A DNA stretch of 61,654 nt, the filler included, from Asterionella formosa (taxonomy: Eukaryota), in NCBI GenBank assembly GCA_002256025.1. It is 13 parts of 13 records of this genome, joined end to end, with 100 filler letters (N's around TTAATTAATTAA, not from the genome) between each part and the next. Parts side by side here need not be neighbours in the genome. Positions count along the whole stretch, not along the records: positions 33,305 to 37,949 come from NKIB01013425.1; positions 38,050 to 42,694 come from NKIB01013426.1; positions 42,795 to 47,435 come from NKIB01013427.1; positions 47,536 to 52,179 come from NKIB01013428.1; 9 more parts are not named here. One strand, 5' to 3'. A program made the translations under genes and the position numbers. The notes under the pieces were generated by a model, which worked only from the letters and a program-made list of their open reading frames with translations, ran no database searches and had not been told where the DNA came from. Within the stretch, counting starts at the first letter, position 1. Each line of letters begins with the position of its first letter. This document shows, one piece after another, positions 35,836-48,033 of the stretch.

Positions 35836-36958
35836 ATGCCTTCTTACCAGTATGCTCCCCTCATTCTACTAGTAGTATTTGGTGGAATCGCATTGAGCAT
35901 TTCGACTGCTCGAAGGACACTCTTCGTATCTAAAGGATCTATGAGTGCGAAGCTGTGCAAGCAAAGCAACAACAGAACAACTCATGAGGCACTAGTACAG
36001 GGGGATGTACCACGACTGAAGGAGGATTGCATGAACAACAGCTTTCTACCACCACCTGCGAATCGCATTTCTATCCCGAATTGCAGACTCCAATGTCCGC
36101 TGTATCAGAACAGTAGAAGTCGTTGCAATGGTGATGATAAGGAAGATCTTCTATTGGGCATTGTCACAGCATTCAGTCAAAACCATGTGGGGGAATCCCT
36201 TGGCATGATTCAATCTCTGATGGATGTCAATTATACGGGCCCATTAGCTGTTTACTTCATGCGTCGGTCAGGAGAAGTGCTTGATAATCGGTTTTTGTCA
36301 TATTGCAACAAACTCTCCATATTGCAACAAACTCTCCAACTCTGGTTTGTGTGTGGAAGTTATTGATTATGAATTCGATGAACAAGAAGACTTTGGAACA
36401 TATTGTTTCAAGCCAACGATTGTCAATGAATTTATTACCCATCACAAGTTTCAAGTAGTAATGTGGGTAGATTCATCAGGGCGATTTAAGAGCGATCCAC
36501 AGAGCTGGGCCAGAAACATGGTCAATGATGGGATCGACTTTGCTGGTAAAGAAGGTTCACTGAGAATGAGCGAGAACACTCATGCTGACACTTATCAATA
36601 TCTCAATGTTTCTCGCATCAAATATAGACATCATGCCGAAATTGCAGCTACTTTTTTTCTTGTGCGCCTTGTACCACATGTCGTCTTTGGATTGTTACAG
36701 CCCTGGATTGATTGTTGAACACGAGCCTGTCAAACATGTATGACACCAAAAAATTGCTCAAGGAAGTATCGATCTGAATACAAGGTCCTACATGCTCCAT
36801 CCACTTTGTTTCAAGTCCATCGTCATGACCAGTCAGTCCTTGGTATCTTGGTAATGGAATGGAAGACAGAACACAACGGAAATGTCATTATATATCCAGA
36901 TCAGAATGCAGAGAAATACATTAATATTTCAAAGCCCACAAAAAAAGGTTCTGTGTAG
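35836..36958 (+). pseudogene. DUF1647-like (putative glycosyltransferase) pseudogene
   Basis: TM anchor and motifs IVTAFSQNH, YCFKPTIV, VMWVDSSGRF, LLQPWIDC, HRHDQSVLGIL. Broken by a 19-bp tandem duplication (36301-36338, +1 frameshift) and an in-frame TGA at 36716-36718. Confidence 0.8.
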
Positions 36959-38049
36959 ACTACAACCTGTGAAATTTCATTCATTTAAATAGGTACAATG
37001 AAGGTTATTTGCCTGACAAATGCAGTCTACTAATATCATGTATTTATTGTCTTATGACTAATCAAATGTCAATAGAGCCTACACAAGCATGTGCTTCCTG
37101 GCATGCTTCCCAGCCTAGGTAGGTTCTTGAAAATGCCAAACCATTCCAGCCAGTAGTATACTAATCCCAACCAATGTTATTACCTGTTACTCTAGGTGAT
37201 GATGACTGCAGAACAAATTTTTGAACAATAATCAACCTAGAATGACCATAGTAACATTCATACCAGCATATCCATAAATGGATAGATACGACTCCAAATG
37301 CATGCGGACAACAGAGCAAGCCGTACGTACATATGCACTGTATACACTCATGCAGTACTTCTATTATTACTATACTAAGTAACTTTATGGCAAGTACGGT
37401 ACACAACCAGAACACACAATATGGTCGGTTGTTACCGTACTGGCACCGGTTGCAGACTGTGGTGCTATATAATGAAATTCCTTATTCAATGTATTCTATC
37501 TGGGGCTGTAGGAACGCTGGAATACCAATAATTATTAGGCTGCGATATTCGTCGTCGCTACAACCCCAACAATACCCACCTCCTGTCTGTCCCATTATTG
37601 TTCTGCATACCGGTACTTTGTTTGCTCTCCAGCAAGCCCCTTCAGATCCTTCATCATGGCGACCATGCCCACAGAACCTGCCAATCTGAACCCCCCGGTG
37701 ACGCCGTGGGGTCAGGCGTTGACGATGAAGGAATTGCAAGTCTTTCGTCCTGTAAGTGTCATCATGTTGTTGCGTCCTTGTCTCTGGATTCGCCAGTTGC
37801 TTCAATCCTTTCATGGCACCCACACATACACATGTATGACTCAGGAATACGGCACATTTATATATTCACACTTTGTCACTCCCCGCCGCATACTCAGGCC
37901 ACCAACATGACATGTTTGGGCGTGTCGGAGGAATATTCCAGACAACGTCNNNNNNNNNNNNNNNNNNNNNNNNNNNNNNNNNNNNNNNNNNNNTTAATTA
38001 ATTAANNNNNNNNNNNNNNNNNNNNNNNNNNNNNNNNNNNNNNNNNNNN

Positions 38050-38249
38050 AAAAAATAACAGGCTAAAACCTAGCAGCAGCATAACGGGTAAAACGACCGA
38101 GCACAACGCATTTTTGAGCCGTCCTGCTCCTTCTACTCTGGACTGATGATGCGCTAGTGCCAGTGCCCGTGCCCGTTCAAACTCATTCGTCGTCATTGAC
38201 ACTGGTGAAGTTGTCGCTTGTGTCGCAGCTCCCGTTTTGGTGTTTCATG
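38050..38249 (-). CDS. 5' end of a membrane protein gene truncated by the contig end
   Basis: ATG at about 38249 (MKHQNGSCDTSDNFTSV...) runs into a TM segment (VVLPVMLLLGFSLLF) at the spacer. Confidence 0.45.
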
Positions 38250-39559
38250 AAAATGCAATTCAAACAGTTGTTTTGAGGCGGGCCGAACTAAGTAACTTGA
38301 TCAAGCTCTTTTCGCGCCAAACGAGATAAAAGGATGATTGCGTGATCTCAATCACAGGCAGAGGCAAGCAAGCAAGTTAGTATGAATGTGATATAAGCGA
38401 TTGATGGATTGAAGTCAATCTGCCTTCTCTAGAATCGAACCTGCCTTTTGTTGTGTATGGGAACAACAAAACTTGAGGTGGTAACATCTCACAATGTGTG
38501 AACATGAATCGGTTTTTTTTATTAAATGTATACACATCATCATATCCTTTTGTAAAGCAAGTCATTATGTGCTGGTAGACTACCACGATAGTACATGGAG
38601 CACAATTGGGAAAACATGGCACAAATTCCGGAATACTCTAGACCGTATTAAGTCATGTTTAAACATGGCACGTATGCCGGTACTCAACTAAGATATACCG
38701 GTAGCTATATGAATGAAGGTATGGTACCAGGTACCAGGTGGCAGTAAAGAACAGCTGTGATCCGATAAAAAAATTTGGAACTGCTGTTACCCCTGAACAG
38801 GCGAAAAACACATGTTAATTTAAAAAATTTGACCCAAATCCTGAGCATGTATGGAGGACGCTTTAAAGCTACACTGTAACATTTTAGATGTAAATTTATA
38901 GCAATTGGTTTGTCTTATAATATACCGGTAGAAGAGCAATCGACGAAAATACTGACAGAACACGGATTACCCCATGTTTTGAGAATTCATTCATGATTGC
39001 TATATGAGGAAACAAAAATATCGCACTCGATTTATCTGGTTCATCATTTATGTCATTTCCCTGTATATCGCTGTCAATTATTAATTAATGCCTAAGTAAG
39101 TTGAGCAGTCTTCAATGGTACCAGGAATAAGGTGCAGATTTGCATAAGTTATCTATGTATACCGGTTCAATGTTACAGTAGATATTGACATCATCAACTT
39201 GAAGGTAAATGCTTGGCCATCCCGGTTTTTTGTTGTTGATCACCGGTATATTACAGGGTATATGAATATGCCGTACCTGCTACATGGTACTCGGGAGTAC
39301 CAGGTACAAGCAAGTTGGGGTAATTATGCTGATCTAAGGATTTAGCTATCTTGATCCCATATCGAATTTTTTATTTAAGCAAAATGACCGCATCTCGTTG
39401 TTGTACCTTCAACCAGCAGTCATTTTCCTGAAACGGACAACATGTTACCGGACATCGACATAATCTAAAACGTATAAAGAACATCTTCTATTCGTAGCAC
39501 GATTCAGCGAAATAAATGGCGGAATTCTTTTTAATTGCAAAAACGAGAACACCCAGCAT

Positions 39560-39722
39560 AAGACTATGACATTCAGGAAGCATTATGACTTTCAGGAAAT
39601 TCCTATAAATTTCAGGAAATGACTATGACTTTCAGGAAAACTTAAGGAAACTTCAGGAAATGTCAGGAAACGTAAGGAAATGCATAAGGAAATTTCAGGA
39701 AATGCATGGAATTTCCTGAAGT
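39560..39722. repeat. Phased minisatellite of (T)TCAGGAAA / TAAGGAAA units
   Basis: TTCAGGAA at 39572, 39591, 39611, 39631, 39652 and 39693, with variants about every 10 bp after 39631 and an inverted copy at about 39713. Confidence 0.85.
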
Positions 39723-40115
39723 CTCCAAAATTAGTCTTTTCTGGTCGACGTGAAAAACCGCATATCCTTCGATCTGGATTTAAAGTACCGTACAAGATTC
39801 CCTGCCGGTAATAGTTAGGATCATTTTTGAAATACCGGTAGTGGTGTTGCTAACTATTATATATAAATACCTGGAAAAAAGAAGAACTATCATCCGAAGG
39901 AACAAGCAGAACGATGACGGACCATTGTTGTACCAATGATATAACGTGCAAGGGAAAGCCAGGTGGAAGCGTGATGTTTAGAGTCACAAAATAGAATTGT
40001 ACTCGGAGAACCACGCACTGTATCAGGGTTTCAAAAATTGCTGGTACCTGGTACCTGGTACATTTTACCTGCAAACCCTGCTACACTATGTACAATCATG
40101 GTACGTGGTACCTGT

Positions 40116-42694
40116 TCAAGTATCTAACTAGAAGTAGTAGTATTTGTTGAGTATATGAGCTTATTAATTAATCCTTATGTTCAACTCATTTCCTGAACTG
40201 ACATCAAAGTATAGAATGGGTGTTAGTCGAGTTCTCTTATTATTGAATTCCGATATATTTGATATAACCCTAACCCTATATACATCTGTATCAATGTGCA
40301 GGATTGCTCACTCTCCCACACTTGAGGGAAAACCTTTTACCTATGAAAAGGTTTGATACGACAAATATTAATTCATTCTGTAATGTGCATAGTGCGTTGA
40401 AAATTAACTGTACCATTGTCATGTACTTGAATAATAGTATAAGGACCTTGTCCACGATCATCCAAAGTAGTAGGATTATCCAATAATATTAAAATCTCGT
40501 CACCCTCTTTGTAATCATAAGATCGACGACAGAAATTAGCATGACGTAAACGTTTGTCAATTATCACTTGTCGACGTTGATATATTAATTGTAAATCTGT
40601 AATCAAAGGAATATTTAATATCATATCACGTTGAAAAACCCATGCTCCTGGTGAAATACGTAATATACTATGAATAGTTGCTCGACTGCATATGACGCAG
40701 CTGCAAAACATGTATCCACAATATTTGGGCTTGAAATTCATTGATTGGAGGATGAGCCTTTAACATAACTCGTAGACTATTGCTGATAGATTGATGTAAA
40801 AGTTCACAGATAGCATTTGCTTGTGGATTCTTTACTGTAGTAGTAGTCACATCTTTGATTCCATTCAATACTAACATGTGTAAGAAAGGAACACCAGTAA
40901 ATTCACCTCCATTGTCATGTATACAACGTTCTGGACAGGGATATCTGGCTAACCAATCATTTTCAAATTTCATCGCAATATATTTTGATGTTTTGTGGTG
41001 ATACGTGAAATTTCTGCTAAATTGGTGACTGTGTCAATACAAGTTAGAGCACGAAATTCAATCGCTTGAGCAGCCACTGTTATCTTCCATGGACCAATTA
41101 GATCTACTGCAACTTCTGACCATGGTAATAACAATGCATTCCTGGGTGGAAGTTCACCAAAACCAGTACCAGGAAATTTTGTACGTTGACATGCTTCACA
41201 TATGCTTACAATATGTTCCACTTTTGCTTTTAATGTAGGGTGATAAAAATGTGTAGCAATTGTGGCATTTAATCTTGTCATACCCATATGAGCTAACATA
41301 TGATGATACCAATTAATAATTGGATCCAATAATGATGTAGGAATAGCAATACGCCAAGTGTCTCCTGGATTCTTCACAAAACATATTAAAAATATATCAT
41401 GAAAATTGATAGAAGGAAATTTTAATGGATGTGTTTGTTGATTGAGAATCAATTGTATATCCAGCAATTGTCTATCATGTATTAAATTATAATCCAGAGG
41501 ATATTGAATATTGTCTGTCAAGATGGGATGATTAAGGAAACATGTAAGCAGAGGTTCATCATCTAATTCAATTGAAAAAGTAGAAGTGGAAGTTGATGTT
41601 GGAGATTTCGGTCCAATATCAATATCATCCTCCACCAAAGACTCAAGCCTCGGGAGGCGAGAGATGGAATCTGCAATAGCATTGTCAGTCCCTTTCACAT
41701 AATGAAAAGTAGGATGGTATTCTTCAATGTAAAGTCGCCATCGTAGAACACGTTGTGTATGTAATGTATTATAAATAAGATTTCGATGATCAGTGTGAAC
41801 ATGTAGAACTGCGCCCAATAACATAGAGCGAAATTCTTTGAAAGTTTCTACCACAGAAAGTAATTCTTTTTCAATAGTAGTATAATTCTTTTGAGCAGCA
41901 GATAATTTGCGAGAATAATAAGCAACTGGGAGATCATTTTGCATAATGACCGACCCTAATTGATAATCAGAGGCATCAGTAAAGATATGAAAAGGAAGAT
42001 TATGGTCAGGATAACGCATGAGTGTATCTGCAACTAACAATGCTTTCATTTCTTCAAAAGCTTGTTGATGGATAGGTAACCAGACAAAGGGACTAGTTCC
42101 AATTAAATCCGTAAGTGGTCCAAGAACATGCGATCGTCTAGGAAACATGTCTCGATAGTAAGTAACAGCACCGAGAAATGATCGAACTTGTTTAAGATTG
42201 GTAGGTGAAGACATATTAATCAATGCTCGGACTTTTTTAGACCAAGGTTTCAGTCCATTAGGAGTTAACCAATAGCCTAACCAATCTGTCTCTTGGACGG
42301 CCCATTCACACTTAGATGGATTAATTGTAAAACCATTTATCTGTAAACGATGTAAAATAGTGTCCAATAAATGAAGGTGATCTGAAAAATTCATTGAAAA
42401 ACAACCCACATCATCAATATAAATTTCCACATCATCTAAATCACTAAGGATCTGTTCCATAGTTTCTTGTGCAATGTCAGATGATTGTTTCACCCCCATA
42501 GGCAGGCGTAAATATTTATATAAACCAAATGGAGTTGAAATAACACACAAGTTTTGACTCTCCACATCCAATGCAAAAGTATAGTATTGCATGGAAACAT
42601 CCAATTTGGTGAAAAATACATATCCAGCACGTTTAGTGAGAATAGTTTGTATTCGAGGCAAAGGATATATATTGCGATTGATGACTTTATTAAG
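40116..42694 (-). mobile_element. Ty3/gypsy LTR retrotransposon, 3' portion (RT-RNase H-integrase, PPT 40311-40320, 3' LTR 40116-40310)
   Basis: RT LDVSMQYY and YIDD, RNase H, integrase HHCC (WYHHMLAHMG...CEACQ), VAVDLIGP, IHDNGGEF, PQANAICE, and a GPY module. Frameshifts near 40970 and 40700. Purine tract TGTGGGAGAG precedes the LTR. Close to, but distinct from, the copy at 28559-32208. Confidence 0.96.
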
Positions 42695-43006
42695 NNNNNN
42701 NNNNNNNNNNNNNNNNNNNNNNNNNNNNNNNNNNNNNNTTAATTAATTAANNNNNNNNNNNNNNNNNNNNNNNNNNNNNNNNNNNNNNNNNNNNGCAAGC
42801 AAACGAATTATTCACTCATTCGGAGTCATCGTTCGTAGCCAGAATTCCATCGTCACCTCTTCATAAAACAATGTTTTTTTAAACTAGAGTTACCGTAGAT
42901 GATGTACCAGGTGTCCAGCTACCGGTATACAGGTTTAGTTATTGAATACCGGTAATACCGATTGTACACGTATCTGTCACTGTACCATACCGCCAATGAA
43001 GGCCCA

Positions 43007-43177
43007 TGTTGAAATATATGGCGCTACTCTAGCGCGCTCCAGTACTGCCCTGGAATGACCGGTCAAGATCTTTCTCACGCCGCTCGTCTGCAGATTCTTC
43101 TGCTATATAAATCCTGTCTATTTCCGTTTAGACATTCCTCAGACTACCTAGTCTTCGGACACCTGTCGACATCAACA
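43007..43177 (+). mobile_element. Solo LTR (171 bp)
   Basis: TGTTGA...TCAACA terminal inverted repeats, near-perfect 5-bp TSD GCCCA/GCCTA, and an internal TATATAAA. Confidence 0.7.
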
Positions 43178-43229
43178 GCCTAACAGACACACTCTGACAG
43201 GCCCAGTAATGCACGTTATATTCGCACCT

Positions 43230-43720
43230 GCTTTTCAATTACGATTCATTCCCAATGATTCGTCCCATGCCTGCCAGATAAGATAGGCCGGCTTTCAATG
43301 AACATAATATTCCTTGAGTACTTAAGGAAAACAATCCTGATACTCGCAAAAGTACAAGTGCATACCTTGCTACTACTGGAGCACGCTCCATGCTGACTTG
43401 GTCATCCAAAGGATAGTAGAACATTCTAACTTCACAGAAGCTGAGTATGTCAGCCTCAGTGATGGTGTCAAGGAATACTACATTTGCTACAAATTTATTG
43501 GATGAGGTCTATTTTATGGAACTGCCTGCAAATATTGCTGAGGATAAAACTGGACTGATTCTCATAAGCAAGAACCAACAAGTTATATGAAGGACAAAGC
43601 ATATTGATTTCAGATATCTTTTTATACATAAGAAGACTAAGGATGGATATGTTTGTTGTGGTCTATGCACAGACATGCAAAAAATAAAAGTGACCTTCTT
43701 TCAAATATTGTAATACAGAA
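43230..43720 (+). mobile_element. Decayed Ty1/copia RNase H remnant
   Basis: Broken frames read DTRKSTSAYL, LTWSSKG, TEAEYVSLSDG, IAEDKTG, KNQQV.RTKHIDFRY, all Copia RNase H signatures. Confidence 0.85.
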
Positions 43721-43729
43721 GGTATATAA

Positions 43730-43892
43730 GGGGAATGGCTTAGTGGTTAGTACACCTTTCTGCAGTGGCAGGTTCGATTCCTGCATTCTCCACCTATATA
43801 TTTCATGTAGTCCTCCCTAGGGTTCCAGGGGGTGCGGCTGACAAAAAGACAGGTCCTGTTGTACCTTACGGACAGATAAAGCCGGTACTAAT
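43730..43892 (+). mobile_element. tRNA-Ala-derived SINE, copy 1 (3' truncated)
   Basis: GGGGAAT...ATTCTCCACC acceptor stem with G3:U70, A box TGGCTTAGTGG, B box/T arm GCAGG-TTCGATT-CCTGC, degenerate anticodon arm. The body is shared with three other copies. Confidence 0.8.
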
Positions 43893-44044
43893 TGTGTCCA
43901 TTTATTTGGGCCCGAGTGCAATTATTGGATGTACTATAAAATTTAATTGACATTTTTTTAACACAGAAGCTAAATGAATCTCATGCATATGACATTTAAT
44001 GCATCTGAAGAAAACAGGAGAGGATCATTATAATATCACTAATA

Positions 44045-44378
44045 GGGAGATTGATTAGAAAGTTAACACGTCTTCATAGTTGGTGGATTCGATTCCTGAT
44101 TCTCCACCTATCTTTCTTTTTCATGGTGTAGTAACTAGTTAAGGTTCTGGGGTTGCGGCTAATGAATGAACAAAGACAGGTTCCCGTTATACCATACAGA
44201 CGATTCAAACCGATACAGATCCTCGCGCATCAGCGAACCGAAGTCACAACGTTTGTTGGGGTGGTGGCTGATCCTGGGTTGGCAAATAACTACATATGTA
44301 CAAAAAATTCAGGGCTGGCAGCGCGAGGAAGCCCTACGCGGTCTACACATCTAGCAAATGAATAATCTTAAAGCGCTT
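44045..44378 (+). mobile_element. tRNA-derived SINE, copy 2
   Basis: GGATTCGATTCC B box, TTCTCCACC, shared body (gcggctaatgaa, aaagacagg, gaagtcac, cagggctggcagc, gcggtctac), ending tcttaaagcgctt. Confidence 0.8.
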
Positions 44379-46603
44379 AATTTAAGTGAGGTTAATTTTT
44401 ATAATGTCACTAAAATTGACAACGACAAATGGAAGTCGTCAATGGCGCATTTCTTCACGTAGCTAGCTTCTTGTGTTTAAGACATGGAAGGCACGAGAAG
44501 GTTGTTTTTTGAACAAGAAGCGGCGCCACTGGTGCTGCAAATAAGTCTATGTACCTGCAAGGGCCTCAAAAGTCAAGTAAACAATAATATGAGTGGTCTA
44601 AGAAACTTTGCGCTATTGGTGTTTTTTCGCCACTATATTTCCCTTACAGTGAACATTGAAAACATATTTTAGATACTTTTTACTATGTTGGTTCCAAAGT
44701 ATATATTTCATAACATTCAGTTTTTGGATAACTGTACTTAATTCTGCGATTGCCGCATGTTATTCAAATTAAAATAAGTGTTGACAGCAATTCCAATATA
44801 TACATCCCTGCTATCTTCGAGCATCATTTAAGCCGCGAAATACGCCACTTTTTCGAAATTTCATCTATGTAGGAGTGTTAATTATGTTACTTCACAACAA
44901 TTAATGCCACTCATCCCGTAAATAAGGTTACTTTGAACGGTTTCATGTGAAGTTTTCACAATGAACATTGAACTCGAGACTGAATTAGTTGATGTTTCTA
45001 ATAATTCATTTCAAAGTTCAACAAAGATCCTGCTCTTGTAGCTAATTCATGTACGACAAGCATCTTCATTTGTGAAATAGTAAGGATATTTGTGTTGTCT
45101 TATTTCATGCATGGAAAATCTACAGTTTATGGTTGTTCATTTTAAGTAAATCATGTGAGCTATTATAGTGAGCGAACCAGATTACTCTCTCTTCGTGGTT
45201 TTCATGTAATGGTTCACAATCATACAGTTTTTTCCAAGACGGGCCGGAAATAGCTGATGTTACAACTAAATATTTTAAAAGTTCAAGACGAGATTTGTTT
45301 AGAGGATAAATTATTGCGAAAGACAACTTCAATTAACAAGGATAAGTCCAAATTTTTATGGTGTCGATGTACCAAGCCTCCTCTAAAGGCTTAAAGAAAT
45401 GCGCATTGTCAATGGACACTACGAAAATCCATTTTTCCATTCATTTGTTCTTATCCGTCACCACTAAACCGACATGTTCCAAATGTCTCCTGTTGACGTA
45501 TGTAACATATTCCAAGAAGGTATGAATTGGACATGAAATGACGAAGATACAGAGAAATGAGTTTTTGCCATGGTGTTCTTTTGAAAGCAGAAGTAATAGA
45601 AGGTGAAATGATGCTATATTTTTTCAGCAATGGAGGCTTTTAAGGAAAGCTTAATCTTCATGTTTTGTCATCACATCAGCAAAGAGATCGATAAATCACA
45701 CGGTTCTGTTATAGTTCTCTACATTTATTTTACATTTTAGCCGTCCATATCACAGCAGGAGCATTCTTTTTTACATATCAGTGATTTTGGTGCTGCTTGG
45801 CTATTGCCGGTGTATTCCTTTCAATGCGACTGCTCCGTAAAACAGTTGAATACTAGCAAATGTGTGCGTTGCTTTCTGCTGTGGTTGCTAGTGCTATTTA
45901 ATGAATTACTGAAACAATGTTGTTATGTCAATCTTTGCAGGTCAATGAAGAAGTCATTTTCAAGAACAAGAAGGAATCCAGTGTGATGCTTTCCTGTTGC
46001 ACTTTCGTACCATGATGCCTGTTCAAGAGTTAATAATTTTTCCATTCAGAATGAACGCACGGCTTCTGTTCGTTTTGCATTTTCCTTACAGACGTCTAAT
46101 AATGCCTGCTGCCTTGTTCTCAAGACTGAAGATTCCATTCTGAAAGAACAGTTTTGTTTGCTTGCATATCGAGATTTTTTCCCATTAATGTGAAATAGTT
46201 GAATTGGTCAGCGACATTAATTGATAGTACTTTGAAAATTAGTTCGAAAAACTTAAGGAAATGAGTTGAATGACCTTCAGAAAATTACGTAAACAAAATT
46301 ATTGAATTACGTGAACAAAATAATACATTACTTCGTCAGATATGATCAGCCATTTTATTTAACTCTAATTCTGTTGTATGTTTTGTACGGGTCCTACACT
46401 ATCTCAAATCAGATCTCGAAGCTGCTTTTATTGCCTATTTGTTGGTTTTATCAGATGCTCTATAATATTAGTGTTTCATCGTTTTCTAATCAAAATATTG
46501 AAGTTGTTACATTTATATGATTATCTATAGTGACAACGAAAGGTCAAAAATCCTGATGAAAATATGCTAATACCAGGTGATTTGAATCGTTATCTCGTAT
46601 TTT

Positions 46604-46888
46604 GGGAATTCCTTAGCAGTTGGTTTGCGTGTTGCTTTTAAAGATGCTGGCGTGTATAATTCCTGCATTCTCCACCTGCTTTTGTTCTTTTTCATGCAGT
46701 CCCTAGAGTCCCAGGTGGGGTGCGGCTAATGAATTAAAAAGACAGATTCCCATGATCCTGTATGGACGAATGAAACCGGTGCTGATCCCCGCGCACCGCC
46801 AGCGCCTGAAGTCACCATCAGGGCTGGCAGCACAAGAAAGAGCTATGCGGTCTACTCTTTCTGGAAAATAAGAAGTCTTAAAGCGCTT
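46604..46888 (+). mobile_element. tRNA-derived SINE, copy 3 (internal deletion)
   Basis: gggaatt head, ttcctgcattctccacc, the same body motifs and the tcttaaagcgctt end. Lacks about 50 bp between gtcacca and tcagggctgg. Confidence 0.8.
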
Positions 46889-47535
46889 GCCCTTGATAAA
46901 AGTGAATTGAAATCTTAAGCTCGTATTTTACAAACAAGCGAGGACAGCAGGAAGGTGCTTATTGATTGTTGTTGTCATTTTCAAGTTGTTTACCTTGTTC
47001 CCACCACCATGGTCGATCATACTAATTATACTGCGCCGCCTAATAACATTATCCTATTGCCGAAAAATTTTTTGCCATGTCCTTCCTTTTGAATTTTGGA
47101 GTGATAATGAGGCTTTCAATGACACTGATTCTGGACCCAACTCTTTTTCAACTGAAAAATATATACCATGCCACCATGATCCTCTACTTCCTGCCAGATA
47201 GCTACTGTCAACAGCAACCAGCACCAGCACAAATGACTACTATCAAGCTGTTTCTCCTCCACATCTGCTGCCACCACAATTCATAGTCGTTGCAGCACCC
47301 ACTCCCTGTGAATCAATTGATTTATCAGTTCCTGCTCCTCCAGCCAGGCCGGATTTGAACTTTTCTGACATTTCATTTTGACGACAACAAAAGAGTGTAG
47401 GCTACAGTACCGTAAACTTCATTGTCCTGCCCCCCNNNNNNNNNNNNNNNNNNNNNNNNNNNNNNNNNNNNNNNNNNNNTTAATTAATTAANNNNNNNNN
47501 NNNNNNNNNNNNNNNNNNNNNNNNNNNNNNNNNNN

Positions 47536-48033
47536 GATAGAAATCTGCCTTAAATTGGTTGAGAAGGGTTGTTTGGAATTTTTGTTGCTACTGCACTAAT
47601 GATCAAGCCACAAGTACCGAAAATTTACACACCATCCTGATGAGCAATTTGATCAATGTATGTTCGTTCTGAGCGAGCATATCGACATTCGAAATATCGG
47701 CATTGATATCTCGTATAAATCGAATACTATGCTAGATAGAAATTGACAATGAATTGGTAGAGAAAGATGAATTGGAAGTTTGGTTGTTAAAGCAGTGGTC
47801 CTAAAATTTACACGTCCTGATGCCTCCTTTGGACAATATACATTCGTTCTGAGCATATCGACATTCGACAAGAAGCCTTTGATTTCGGGTACATCAAATA
47901 ATATATTAGATAGAAATCGGCATCAAATTGGTTGAGAAAGAAATGAATTGGAATTTAGGTTGCTACAGCACTGGTCATCAGTCCACAGCAAGCACCGAAA
48001 ATTTTACGCATCCTGATGACGAATTTGATCAAT
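47536..48033. repeat. Degenerate tandem array, about 2.7 x 175-200 bp
   Basis: gatagaaat...aattgg..gagaa...aaatttacac...tcctgatg recurs at 47536, about 47735 and 47909. Confidence 0.8.

Noticed and set aside
43730..43802. Functional tRNA-Ala gene
   Set aside because: The D and anticodon arms are degenerate and shortened, and the sequence continues into a shared repeat body, so it is a SINE head.
44480..46300. Decayed coding-like sequence on the minus strand; similar stretches at 11270-13400, 37480-37830 and 53960-54500
   Set aside because: No recognisable motif, so no family could be assigned by eye.
46685..46742. HDV-like ribozyme after the SINE tRNA head (GGCTAA followed by a P2-like pairing)
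   Set aside because: I could not build a consistent P1/P3/L3/P1.1 across the four copies, and a simple hairpin explains the pairing. A covariance search on the consensus would settle it.
47637..47712. Hammerhead ribozyme (CTGATGAG...CGAAA-tatc..gata-TC) in the tandem repeat
   Set aside because: Helix III forms but helices I and II do not pair, and the core is not kept in the sister repeat units.
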